DNA of 63,631 nt, filler included, from Octopus bimaculoides (GCF_001194135.2; 7 parts of 7 records of this genome joined end to end with filler, not necessarily neighbours in it); one strand, 5' to 3'; shown: positions 23,101 through 35,199, counted from the first letter of the whole stretch. A program made the numbers and translations. Notes: generated by a model not told the origin, from the letters alone.

Positions 23101-25273
23101 AGCTGAAATCTATAGTTACATTACGATTTTACATCCATTCAATATAGGTTTTTACATTCATTTTCCTACATTTATCATTCAACTTGGTAATCGAGCCATT
23201 CAAAGTCACGAAGAAAATTAGTACCATGAAGTTAGTCATTCAAATTCGTTTTTAGATCATTTAATTTCTCACTTCGGTCAAAGAATTTAGTATTTACATC
23301 ATTGAAATTAAAATGTGAAGAAGCATCTTTTTGAGCATTCAAATTCGCACGTAAACATTCAAGTTCGGAATAAGTCTTTCCCATTTAGCTCTGATTCTAC
23401 ATGTGAGTTTTCACTAACATTCTAAGAAGTGAATTTTAGAAATGTCAAGTTTAAATGCCATGTTTTGTCATGCAGATTTTACTATGATGTTATAGCTACA
23501 AGGAAAAAATAAATCATGTGATTCTTTTGTCCACGAAAGTTTTTTACATTGCAACATCCGTAATCGGCTGGTATCAGTTGCATTTTATATACCTTTCTAT
23601 TACAACAACTTGCAATCATGGAGCCATGCGTAAGGTACATGCGTATATAGGACGAAGACAAAGCAAGGCTGTATGGCGCCTTCAAGGGCTATCAAACTGA
23701 TTGCCTGAAACCAGCAGAAACACTTGTCATTAAAAGGAGTACTGCCCATTCCATAATAGCAACATACCTACGGTCTGTGCCCACCACATTAATGTTGGTG
23801 AGGAAATGCTTCAGGGGATTATTGATGCCAACCCACTTGCAACTCTTCAACAGATGAAAAGGGACTTAGAGGTAGTTTTGCCCGGAAAGCCGCCTGTTTC
23901 CGTGTCTGCAATATCACGGGCTCTAGATGGAATATTGAGATAACTATGGAGTTGGCTCAAGAACACCGGAAAAGCGTTATGAGTACGCGCATTGGTTTAT
24001 GGAAGAGGGAGTCGTCAGACATTGCGTATTCATTGATTAATGTGGGTACAACATTTCGACCGGGCGGTCTTTTGGTCGAGCCCCTCAAGGCGTTCCTGGT
24101 CGTCGAGTTGTCAAACGCCAGTGTGGGAAAAACTGCAACCTCACTTTCGCGGTGTCGGGAGAAACCGGTCTGGTTCACCACTCCATTGGTTACACGAAAC
24201 TCTTTCGAGGAGTTCTTGGCGGAAACAGTTCGAGCATATGCTGACATGTTTCCAGTGGATGAATCTCTCTACTTGATCTACGACAACGCGTGGCCACACG
24301 TTCGTGCCGAGCTCCCAGCTGACGTCGATCCACGAATCAATCTGGAACTCCTGCCTCCCTACTCACTGTTTTTAATTATACGAAAATGGCGCATTCCGTC
24401 GAGCGGAACCTTGGCGACCGGGCAGCTGCAGAAGAAGCCGGCATGACCATGGCGTGCACATGTCATACAACAGGTTGTAAGGCGTAATATCGACGCTATC
24501 ACTCCAGAAAATTGTGTTCATTGGTATAGACACACCCAGAACTACCTCCCGAGATGCCTCGACCGCCAGGAAATAGACGGCTAAATCCTCTCAAACGAAC
24601 TCTCCTTATCAAGGCTGTAATTCAATAGCCATCTTAGCGTACATAGCACCCTTTCCCCGATGAAAGAAAAAATGCAAAATCAAAGAAATATGTACTTTTC
24701 TCAACAAGACATATGCATATCACAACATAGTGTATTCAAAATCAAAGAAAATGAGTGTTTGTTGTAATTGTGAGTTTCTTTAAAAGATTGAAAAGGCTGG
24801 ATTGCAATTTCATGAAGTCTTTAACAATAAATATATGTGCCGATGCAAAAATATAAGAAAACATAAAAAAAGACACGGATACGATAGAGTGCTTAAAGCA
24901 TAAACAATGATGAAAACACATGATTATGATAACATGATTATGAAAAAATCAAACATGATTATGATAAAATCAAACATGATTATGATAAAATCAAAACTAG
25001 TTAAATAGATTGCTCCGAAACGAATTTGAATTCTCGAAAAAACGCTTCCTCGCATTCCGACTAATTTGAATGCTTTCGATGGGTATTTTAATTTGAATCA
25101 TATAAATGCTAAATTCTTTGATCGTAGTGCGAAATTGAATGATCGGAAACCGAATTTGAATGACTAACTTCATGGCACTTTTTTTTTTGCGATTTTTTTA
25201 ATGAACCGATTATCAAATTGAATGAAAAACGTACGAAAATGACTGCAAAAACCTATATTATATTTTGTCAGCT
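23101..25273 (+). mobile_element. IS630/Tc1/mariner-family DNA transposon remnant with long imperfect TIRs, in a P450 intron
   Basis: Disrupted transposase at 23700-24585: VSVSAISRALDG, CVFID*CGYN, LIYDNAWPH, LLPPYSLFL, ITPENCVHWYRH. Region 23141-23330 is the imperfect reverse complement of 25085-25259. Exact outer ends uncertain. Confidence 0.8.
24918..24998. repeat. Short tandem repeat (AAAATCAAACATGATTATGAT)n
   Basis: About 3-4 imperfect units inside the transposon 3' region. Confidence 0.85.
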
Positions 25274-25424
25274 TCCCAACATGAAACCCAGGTTTACAGC
25301 GACATAAACTAATAACCTTGCACTACAATGTTACATCACCAAACGTACTCTCATATGACAACAGCCGATATCAAATTACCATTTATCTCAACATTGTTAA
25401 TATTGAGACAAATTCTTTTAACAG

Positions 25425-25631
25425 CTCCACTCACTGCTCCACATGCCTCTACGGTAGACACAAAACTAGGAGGTTATGATATTCCAAAAAATACCATTGT
25501 TCAATTCCTTTTAATGGATGCTCATTATGATCCGAAGTATTGGGATAAGCCAGAGGAATTTCGACCTGAAAGATGGATTGATGAAAATAATGAGTTAAAG
25601 AAAAATGAGGCTTACATGCCTTTCTCTTTGG
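25425..25631 (+). CDS. Cytochrome P450 gene 1 exon (meander and start of heme loop)
   Basis: CAG acceptor and GTAAGT donor. Reads APLTAPHASTVDTKLGGYDIPKNT...DPKYWDKPEEFRPERW...AYMPFSL. Phase 1 to 1. Confidence 0.96.
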
Positions 25632-26190
25632 GTAAGTATTGTAAATAGATTTTAATGATAGAGCACGGATATTCAGGAGGGAAGACAATAACATTATCCT
25701 GTTACTGATGGTGCCTTCTTTTTTTTATAATCGCAATGTCATTTGGAGATTGTGGTATCCTGTTTGAGGATCCCACGAGGTCAATTTTCTAGGTAATAGC
25801 TAAAAGCTTATTTGTTAGCATACAGCCTCCTGCTTCGAATCGTTCTTAGGCAGCTATCACTTCAGGGTAAATAAAATAGCAATAGTCTACTGTTTTTTAT
25901 TAATTCATTATTCTTTCTTACGAAAGTTTGGTCTTTTGATCACTTAAAATTAATCATCATTCTATTAGCAAAACTTTACCTCTTCATGTTATCTTAATTA
26001 TTGATAAAAGTTCATATAAAATTTAATTCAGGAAATATTTTATTCGCTGAAATATAGGAAGAACTATGATATTTAAATTTATTCTTTGTATAATAGAGAA
26101 GTGACTTGTATTTTATGAAAATGTAAACTTTATTTTATTCTATCACATTTAATTACGCTATTTATTTTATATCTTCTGTTTTATTTGTAG

Positions 26191-26369
26191 GTCCCAGAAT
26201 ATGTGCGGGAGTATCACTAGCCAATATTGAAACTTTCATGGCATTTTCAAATATCTTACAAAGATTTAGGTTGGAAAGTCCTGACGAAACACCAATGATA
26301 ATGGAAGGCAAACAACCAGGAATTATTTACGTTCCAGTGAATGATAATATCCGTGCAATACCACTGTGA
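26191..26369 (+). CDS. Cytochrome P450 gene 1 terminal exon (heme-binding Cys)
   Basis: TAG acceptor. Reads GPRICAGVSLANIETFMAFSNILQRFRLESPDETPMIMEGKQPGIIYVPVNDNIRAIPL*. Splicing completes FSLGPRICAG (FxxGxRxCxG). All six exons join in frame to 300 codons plus TGA. Confidence 0.96.
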
Positions 26370-26636
26370 GATATATTTGCCTTATATATTTGAGGGCACC
26401 ACTTCACAGTACACTGGCTGTACAGTTGAAAGTATATCACTTTGATGTAAAAAGATATCAAATTCTAATAGAATACTGTTAATTTTTAAACGGTATTTAA
26501 CGAAATTACATAAATTTCAGTTCATTAGTGGTATTACATTGCAGTAATATCTACCTATAAACTTCATAAAATTTAGAGGATAGAAATAGACAAGACAATA
26601 ACTAGTCATATGATAGTTGTAATGTTTAACCTAATC

Positions 26637-26642
26637 AATAAA
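26637..26642 (+). promoter_or_regulatory. Candidate polyadenylation signal of P450 gene 1
   Basis: AATAAA about 270 bp after the stop codon. Positional evidence only. Confidence 0.3.
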
Positions 26643-26739
26643 GCTCCAGTATTGTATTCTTTTCTCTGAGTCACAATTTTCTTTATTAACCTAATCCAGA
26701 CTTTGATATAAATCGTCGAAATACACACCAAAAGGCTGT

Positions 26740-28230
26740 CTATTCTGTTATTTTTGAAAAAGGTTCAGCACCATGGCACTAGAATGTGCTGCTTTGAGGG
26801 TCCTGCTGGACCGAGAATGACATCCCTTATAAGTATTTTGTTTACAAAAGTCTTTCAACATAAAACCAAAACTATTTCTGTTCCTACTTTTGATGATTTA
26901 GATAATACAGTTATACACCTTCCTGGGTCTGTGATTGTTTTATCTGCTTTCAAGTTCCAATACACTCGGTGCATAATGTTTCACTGCATTGTAAAATTAC
27001 CAGGGATTAGAGAACCGAGTGAGGCTTCTTAGATGCCCGGTGATTGTCTGGAGCGAACGTACAATAACACCAAACGTGCTGTGGAGATCATGGAGAGAAT
27101 ACTGCAGGACTTGCATGACAGTAAATAGTGAATGATGAAGCAGAATAGGAATGGTGTTTTCATGTGTCCTCTGTCAAACCCTGTCAGCAATCCCCAAATA
27201 AACAAAACATGGTAAAACCCATGCTACCTTTAATCGCCATCGCTTTGGACAAAATTTATAACTATTTGCAAATATAGATTCTATACATTCAGAGATCAGT
27301 TGTCAGGTCTTTGAGTAAGAAAATGTTACAAGTAAGAGAAAGATTTCCTTCCGGATGTTATTGAATCGTGGACAAACGCTTATAAGCATAGTGTTTAAGA
27401 TAGTTGGTGAATAGATGTCTTTCTAGCTTGCAACATCATTATCTCAACACACCTGTGCGTCTGTGCTGTGAGCTCAACATCAGTAACTGGTCGCCATGGC
27501 AGGCGCTGCCAAAAATAATCATAACTACAAAGCAAATCTTCAATAAAGAAGAATAATTCGCTATCCTGCTGAAAAATTTCTCTACCGAAAACTCCAGTTA
27601 AAAAGAAAACAATCAGTCTCCTTAGAAATGCTGCTTCTCAGTTTAGTCACGGTTATGCAATCGCACAATAACACTAAAGACAAATAATTATATGCCACAG
27701 GCAATATGACATATGCTATTCTCAGAGTGTGTGCCAAAGGAAAAGATGCAAATTTACGAAGAATGCGCGCATATCAACAAGTGTGCCCTTTCTATTTTGA
27801 GGACTTCTGTTTCCAATACACCTAAGCTCTACCTTATCAATCAATAATTTGGAGGGCAAACATTAAAGGTACAGGACATCGTCTTGACGAACAATGTCCT
27901 CATTTAGCTGAAGTTTAAATAAGTTGTAATCCCCTGTAATCTCTTTATTTATACATCTGCTGGTAAAATCCAAAGCGTGAAGCTTAGGGTATTGTAATGC
28001 CATTGTTGAAGATTGTCAAAGCTGTAATGAGCCACGTTAAAGCACATCGCAATTCTTAAATTGATTTTTTTTATTGCCACCTATAATACTCCTGAGTAGA
28101 TTATGGCTTGTTCTAGGTAACGTCCCCAGGTTTGGTACTTTTTTCCTGGGAGATAGTTGGAGAGATTGACACATAGAGGCAAATATTATGTTTGAATACA
28201 AAATCCATGCTATAAATTTGAACAGACTAA
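26740..28230. mobile_element. Highly decayed LINE (CR1-like) RT fragments
   Basis: + strand EKVQHHGTRM resembles LERVQRRATKM; +27350 region resembles FF..RVI..WN. Additional decayed RT-like pieces on minus. Weak. Confidence 0.35.
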
Positions 28231-28499
28231 AATCTTACTAAAAAAAATAACATGAAATACGAAAACAACATGAAATACGAAGGCACACTTGGGTATGCGA
28301 ACAACAAGTGAAACAAATGGAAAACAAGACAAGTAACATAAAGAACGACCCTTCATCTGTTGCCGGCTGTTCATCTACTCCGCATTTCGAGCAATTAACG
28401 ACAATATGAGGCTTCGAAAAACAGTTGCTCCCGCGAACCAAAAAAAAAATTGGGATTTTCCGGAGGACGAAAGTTGGTAACAAAGACACTGGGGACACA

Positions 28500-28730
28500 T
28501 AACATACCAAACGAAGACAAACATGGAGGGCCGTTAGGCCAGAAGAGGTAAGGTAGCAAACGCTGGAGGAATATTCTTTGACAAGAGAAAAGACAGGAGA
28601 CGAGTCATCCTTTACCTTATTTCCGACGACGGGCTGAGTATATGTGTGGAGACAGCCAAAAGAAGCATTTGATCCAAACTGCCTTCTTCCAACCGTTAAA
28701 GATGGAGGAGGATCTGTGATGATCTGGGGC
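28500..28730 (+). mobile_element. Tc1-like transposase fragment
   Basis: Reads WRNIL...GDESSFTLFPTTG*VYVWRQPKEAFDPNCLLPTVKDGGGSVMIWG (first catalytic D region). Confidence 0.85.
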
Positions 28731-29016
28731 AGGGGCTGTATCTTGGAATCTTAATTTGTGAATTAGAGCTACGATTGTTTTCATGTGAAGAAAAGTAGGA
28801 AAATATCCAAGTATCTTAACAATTTTTCAAGCCGATCACACGGCGAAAGGTGTTCGCCTCCATTTTAGAAAACAATCTTATTTCGTTCACTGGATTTCTC
28901 GTGAACTCGCGTAAATGAAACAATGAATCAACGGACGCTACTCGAGAAGGCACTTTTTGGAGTTTGTCTCCCTTGGATTTTACAGTTCTATATTTAAGAG
29001 ATGAGCAATTATGTAC

Positions 29017-29160
29017 ATTATTTACATTATTTACAATTGACGGATATTTGCCCTCATCTTGTTTGTTGTTAACACAACGTTTCGGCTGACATACCCTCCA
29101 GCCTTCATCAGGTGTCTTGGGGAAACTTCGAACCTGTGTTCTTATTCCATTATTATGCCT

Positions 29161-29196
<36 letters not shown>

Positions 29197-29355
29197 GCAA
29201 CAACAACATCGAAAAATACCTTAGGAATGAGAACCCAGGTTCGAAATTTCCCCAAGACACCTGATGAAGGCTGGAAGGTATATCAGCCGAAACGTTGTGT
29301 TAACAACAAACAAGATGAGGACAAATATCCGTCAATTGTAAATAATGTAAATAAT
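29017..29355. mobile_element. Inverted-repeat element (arms 29017-29148 and 29224-29355, (TAA)n spacer), each arm carrying a hammerhead-like motif; probably Penelope-terminus-derived
   Basis: Arms are near-perfect reverse complements of about 132 bp. Confidence 0.8.
29256..29301 (+). ncRNA. Minimal type I hammerhead-like motif (helix III reduced to an ACGU palindrome)
   Basis: GACAC-CUGAUGA-A-GGCUG(loop)CAGCC-GAAA-CG-UU-GUGUU. Stem I is GACAC/GUGUU. Antisense twin at 29071-29116. Confidence 0.6.
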
Positions 29356-29529
29356 CTCCCTTGGATTTGTCTTTTCGGTAAATTTCTTAATTTTTGGCAT
29401 TATTTTGTTTTGGCCATGGAGTTTTGTATTTGTATGTTGGTGCTTAATTCTTGTTTGTGTGGAGTTTGTGGCATTTTTTCTTTGTTGTGTGTGAAGTTTG
29501 CGTGTTTTGTGTGTTCACGTTTATACAAC

Positions 29530-29940
29530 TCTTCTTTAAAGTATTTGAGTATAAATTATTGCTTGTGTATGTAGGGAGAGAAGGTTTCATTCCTAATGTT
29601 TATGATGATGTCTGTTGATTGAATAATATTTAATTTTCCAGTAGTGCAGAGTTCGCATTTGATGCCCCGACCTCTGTATATTTTGGCTTTAGCAATAATT
29701 TTCCACTTCCTCTGGCGGTTACTTATCTTCTTTCAATGTCCATATTATATTTGATACGGATGTCACATGTTTTTTGTTTTTGTCTCAGAATGACGCAGGG
29801 TGTTGCGTATACCTTTCCTTGAACGAGTTTTCCGTCATTCCGATATACGTCTTTGGTATTCCATTGAGGTCCGTGACCTTGGCCTTGTACACGAGTTCTT
29901 TCTCGAGACAGTTGTTGTATAGAGGGCAGCCGTTTGGAAA
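29530..29940 (-). mobile_element. Penelope-like element GIY-YIG endonuclease remnant
   Basis: Minus strand reads CPLYNNCLEKELVYKAKVTDLNGIPKTYIGMTENSFKERYTQH..SF*...WKIIAKAKIY...KCELCTT, i.e. VY...YIG with CCHH-like residues. Stops and frameshifts present. Confidence 0.85.
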
Positions 29941-30312
29941 TCTTAAGTTTCTCTGTCTTTCTGGGATAGGGATGACGAGAGTTTGGAGTTGGGACTATTG
30001 GTGTAGCTGGTGTGTTTGTGTTTATAAATCCCGTGAACCAAACGAAATCGTTCTCCAAAATGGAGGCGAACACTTTTCTCCATGTGATCGGCTAGACGAT
30101 TTTTTAAGATACTTAGATATTTTCCTCTCTTCTACACATGAAACCAATGATAGCGTTAATTCACAAATAAAGAAATTATTTATCCACCAATGCGGTGTTG
30201 AGCACTTATTCCAACGTTCTACATTTACGTATATGTATATATATAGTTTAAATTTACAGAAATCAAAAGACAAAGACAGAAGAGGGAACAACAAGTAGTG
30301 AAAATTGGAAAA

Positions 30313-30350
30313 GTCTTCGACGTTTCGAGCCTACGCTCTTCGTCCGAAAA
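30313..30350 (-). ncRNA. Degenerate hammerhead-like motif in a Penelope-type terminal repeat
   Basis: Minus strand CGGACGA-A-GAGC(GUAG)GCUC-GAAA-CGUC. Core U4 is changed to G. Confidence 0.4.
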
Positions 30351-30580
30351 TGATGAGAAGAGGGAAATAATGACTGAAATAAAAAAGACAGAGAGAGAAG
30401 GAAAATGTGTAGGGATTAACAGTTTAACATGATAAAATGACCAGAAGAAAGAGGCTAAGTGTAAGGGAGATAATAACTGACCCACCTGAACTATAAATGG
30501 TGTGCGTGATTGTATATGTGAATAGAGGCGAATGCGTGTGAATGTATGAATGGAAAGCTTAAATTATGGGAACTTGTGTG

Positions 30581-30660
30581 TGTGTATGGCAGCGTGTGTG
30601 TGTGTATGGCAGCGTGTGTGTGTATGGCAGCGTGTGTGTGTATGGCAGCGTGTGTGTGTA
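30581..30660. repeat. (GTGTGTGTATGGCAGC)n minisatellite
   Basis: Four units visible. Confidence 0.85.
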
Positions 30661-31060
30661 TGTGTATAAGTAAACCACTGCATGCGTACTGTGAAGTGAA
30701 GTGTGTTCAGTGAATTGATGTACGCGTTTGTATGGATGAGTATATGTATGAGGCTATCAGGTGAGTGTGTGTGTACGCGTGTGCCTGTTGTGTTAGTGCA
30801 TGAGTGTATGTTTGGCCCTATAGTGTGCGTGTGTATATAGTCTGTTTTTTCATGTTGTGTGCTTGTGTACTCTGTGCGATTTTATGAGTGACTGGTGTGT
30901 GTCGTGGGGAAATACATGGAAGTGCAAAGTGGAATAGGGATTACGAGAGTTTGGAGTTGGGACGATTGGGTGCTAATGTGTGTGGAGAGTGGGAAAGTGT
31001 GCGTGGGTGTGTACACACACACACACACACAGACACGCACACGCACACACACACACACAT

Positions 31061-31154
<94 letters not shown>

Positions 31155-31240
31155 GAGAATTTACGAAAAAAACAACAGACGAAGACAGGTGGTGTAAACA
31201 ACAAATAGACGTATTAGTTTAACGCTCGGGTATAGAGAAA

Positions 31241-31278
31241 GTCTTTAACGTTTCGAGCTACGCTCTTCAACTGAAAGA
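31241..31278 (-). ncRNA. Degenerate hammerhead-like motif in a second terminal repeat
   Basis: Minus strand UCUUU-CAGUUGA-A-GAGC(GUA)GCUC-GAAA-CGUU-AAAGA. Two core substitutions. Confidence 0.35.
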
Positions 31279-31689
31279 AACACAGACAGAAATAAGGAGA
31301 AAAACAAGGGGAAAAAAGTATAAATGTATATATACATACATATATATGTGTGTGCGTGTCTGTGTATGTGTGTGTCTGTGTATGTATGTATATGTGTCTA
31401 TAAAGTGAACAAGGCGAATAATTAGCACCAGTACTACTGGAAATAAGAGTGAAAACAACTCAATAGTCACAAAAACATCATCATAATGAGCTGAGAAGGG
31501 AGAAAAGCCTCCTACGGTCACAGATTAAGCTAGATCATCGATGACTTTGCATTTTAGTGCTTACGCACATTAACGCTCATCAGTGGTTCTCACCGCGCCT
31601 AGGTTTAAACTCTTCTCACCTTGTCAGCTCATAAGATTTCCATTGAAATCAAATGTTGATTCCATAAACGGTAGTGTGAGAATAATAAA

Positions 31690-31965
31690 TAATATGGCTG
31701 GCTAATTCGCAATTTTAAAATCTAAAGGCAGAAATATACACGTCACTAAAATGAACAACGTCACTAATCAGCACCATAATCACTAAAACTAAGAGTCAAA
31801 ACAAATCAATAGCCACAAGAAGCACTACTTTAATGAGCTGACAAGGGAGACAAGCCTCCTACGGTCTTATTTTTAGCAATAATGGTGCTGATTAGTGCCC
31901 TTGTTCACTTTAGTGACATATATGTCTGCCTTTAGGTTGTAAAATTGCGACTTAGCCACCTATAT
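31690..31965. repeat. Imperfect inverted repeat (arms ~31692-31778 and 31880-31965), MITE-like
   Basis: GCTAATTCGCAATTTTAAAATCTAAAGGCAGA...CACTAATCAGCACCAT versus its reverse complement. Confidence 0.7.
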
Positions 31966-32957
31966 TATATGTTATATATACATATATATNNNNNNNNNNN
32001 NNNNNNNNNNNNNNNNNNNNNNNNNNNNNNNNNNNNNNNNNNNNNNNNNNNNNNNNNNNNNNNNNNNNNNNNNNNNNNNNNNNNNNNNNNNNNNNNNNNN
32101 NNNNNNNNNNNNNNNNNNNNNNNNNNNNNNNNNNNNNNNNNNNNNNNNNNNNNNNNNNNNNNNNNNNNNNNNNNNNNNNNNNNNNNNNNNNNNNNNNNNN
32201 NNNNNNNNNNNNNNNNNNNNNNNNNNNNNNNNNNNNNNNNNNNNNNNNNNNNNNNNNNNNNNNNNNNNNNNNNNNNNNNNNNNNNNNNNNNNNNNNNNNN
32301 NNNNNNNNNNNNNNNNNNNNNNNNNNNNNNNNNNNNNNNNNNNNNNNNNNNNNNNNNNNNNNNNNNNNNNNNNNNNNNNNNNNNNNNNNNNNNNNNNNNN
32401 NNNNNNNNNNNNNNNNNNNNNNNNNNNNNNNNNNNNNNNNNNNNNNNNNNNNNNNNNNNNNNNNNNNNNNNNNNNNNNNNNNNNNNNNNNNNNNNNNNNN
32501 NNNNNNNNNNNNNNNNNNNNNNNNNNNNNNNNNNNNNNNNNNNNNNNNNNNNNNNNNNNNNNNNNNNNNNNNNNNNNNNNNNNNNNNNNNNNNNNNNNNN
32601 NNNNNNNNNNNNNNNNNNNNNNNNNNNNNNNNNNNNNNNNNNNNNNNNNNNNNNNNNNNNNNNNNNNNNNNNNNNNNNNNNNNNNNNNNNNNNNNNNNNN
32701 NNNNNNNNNNNNNNNNNNNNNNNNNNNNNNNNNNNNNNNNNNNNNNNNNNNNNNNNNNNNNNNNNNNNNNNNNNNNNNNNNNNNNNNNNNNNNNNNNNNN
32801 NNNNNNNNNNNNNNNNNNNNNNNNNNNNNNNNNNNNNNNNNNAAATTCACCAATTTAACAAAAACAGCAGTTCTTATAAATAATAACACTAAGAAACAGC
32901 AATTTTCACCACGAACACATGTACGACGTGTAAGAAACAAAAAAGACAGACGAAATA

Positions 32958-33192
32958 CCTATTTCTTTATTGCCCACAAGGGGATAAACATAGAGGGGAC
33001 AAACAAAGACAGATAAGGGGATTAAGTCGATTACATCGACCTCAGTGCGTAACTGGTACTTAATTTATCGACCCCGAAAGGATGAAAGGCAAAGTCGACC
33101 TCGGCGGAATTTGAACTCAGAACGTCACAGCAGACGAAATACCGCTAAGCATTTCGCCCGGCGTGCTAACGTTTCTGCCGGCTCGACGCCTT
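32958..33192 (-). mobile_element. SINE family A, full length
   Basis: Colinear with the family consensus on the minus strand. A further head fragment lies at 33197-33255. Confidence 0.88.
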
Positions 33193-33418
33193 AAAACTGG
33201 GAGGAATATTGCTAAGCATTTTATCTGGCGTGCAAACGATTCTACCAGCTCATCTTCTTTGTACTAGCAATATAATAATAAAACATGCGCCGAATCACTA
33301 ATTTGGAATGGATAGATTTCTCATATTTACTGTGAGGTCTTTGAAAATGCGGGACCCATACAATATAGTATTGCAGTAAATTTAGTCTAACACTGGACCT
33401 ACCAAATCTTCTCACATA

Positions 33419-34783
33419 CAGGGGTTGGACAAAATAATGGAAACACCTTAAAATTTCAAACAAATTTACTTTAATATGGGTTAGAACCGCCTTTAGCAGT
33501 AATTACAGCTTCAATTCTACGAGTTATGGACTCGTACAAAGTTTGAATTCTTCCCAAAGGAATTTTTGTCCATTCTTCGGCTAAAATAGTCACCAATTCT
33601 TGTCGTAATGATGGTGGAGAATATCGACTCCTTACTTGTTTTTTCTAAAATGAACTATAAATGTTCAATAATATTGAGATCTGGGGACTTCGGTGGCCAG
33701 GTAAGATGTTCAACTTCACTAGAATGTTCCTCGTGCCATTCAATAACAACTTNNNNNNNNNNNNNNNNNNNNNNNNNNNNNNNNNNNNNNNNNNNNNNNN
33801 NNNNNNNNNNNNNNNNNNNNNNNNNNNNNNNNNNNNNNNNNNNNNNNNNNNNNNNNNNNNNNNNNNNNNNNNNNNNNNNNNNNNNNNNNNNNNNNNNNNN
33901 NNNNNNNNNNNNNNNNNNNNNNNNNNNNNNNNNNNNNNNNNNNNNNNNNNNNNNNNNNNNNNNNNNNNNNNNNNNNNNNNNNNNNNNNNNNNNNNNNNNN
34001 NNNNNNNNNNNNNNNNNNNNNNNNNNNNNNNNNNNNNNNNNNNNNNNNNNNNNNNNNNNNNNNNNNNNNNNNNNNNNNNNNNNNNNNNNNNNNNNNNNNN
34101 NNNNNNNNNNNNNNNNNNNNNNNNNNNNNNNNNNNNNNNNNNNNNNNNNNNNNNNNNNNNNNNNNNNNNNNNNNNNNNNNNNNNNNNNNNNNNNNNNNNN
34201 NNNNNNNNNNNNNNNNNNNNNNNNNNNNNNNNNNNNNNNNNNNNNNNNNNNNNNNNNNNNNNNNNNNNNNNNNNNNNNNNNNNNNNNNNNNNNNNNNNNN
34301 NNNNNNNNNNNNNNNNNNNNNNNNNNNNNNNNNNNNNNNNNNNNNNNNNNNNNNNNNNNNNNNNNNNNNNNNNNNNNNNNNNNNNNNNNNNNNNNNNNNN
34401 NNNNNNNNNNNNNNNNNNNNNNNNNNNNNNNNNNNNNNNNNNNNNNNNNNNNNNNNNNNNNNAACGTTTCTGCCAGCTCGCCGCCTTTTTCTTCTTGATA
34501 CACCAAACATTTCAGCTGTTTTCATTTCGCTAGCGTCTGCCATACGAGCACCAACAATTTGACCTCCTTGAAAGTCCGATAGATCTGTCATTTTAAAATA
34601 ATTTTAATTATTTTTTTCTGATGATATCTGAAAAAGAAACAGCAATTTTAGCAAAACATATTAAGCAACACTAAAAATAAATTAAAAAAACATAAAAATG
34701 AACAAGATTTTGACAGTTATATAGATATTTCAAAATTATGATGCTATCATGCTAGGTGTTCCCATTATTTTGTCCAATCCCTG
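33419..34783 (-). mobile_element. Tc1 transposon with both TIRs and TA target duplication (middle in an N gap)
   Basis: TA|CAGGGGTTGGACAAAATAATGGAAACACCT ... AGGTGTTCCCATTATTTTGTCCAATCCCTG|TA. Transposase start MTDLSDFQGGQIVGARMA at 34591 and C-terminus WPPKSPDLNIIEHL. SINE A head at 34463-34484 inside. Confidence 0.93.
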
Positions 34784-35199
34784 TATGATACAGAATATGT
34801 CAGACTGCTTGTTTATATTATTTTAGCTTAATCATTGCTGACTTGGTATTATATATCACCAAGAAAAAGCTATTGTAAACAAGTAGTTACATGGTGATGT
34901 TAATACATTGATAATCTATTCCACCTAAACTGGAAGCGTGGGAACAACATGACTAGAGTAATAGATAAAAAAACTTAGTACCCATGCGCTTGAAGTTAAA
35001 TTGACCTCGATTACAGAAATAGACTTAGGATACAACTTTGTTGTTAAATTACTAACCTACTTATATTCGGTTGACGTCGAACATAATTATTTTGTTATCT
35101 GCACAGATTTGTGTATAGGTAGTAAACCACACTCGTCCTTAAGAAATCTGGGCTCTTAGCGAAAATACAAATAAATTATTGCAGCAGTAACATAGGATT

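Noticed and set aside
24918-30660. Short tandem repeats at 24918 and 30581 as CRISPR-like arrays
   Set aside because: No unique spacers, no cas genes, and a eukaryotic context.
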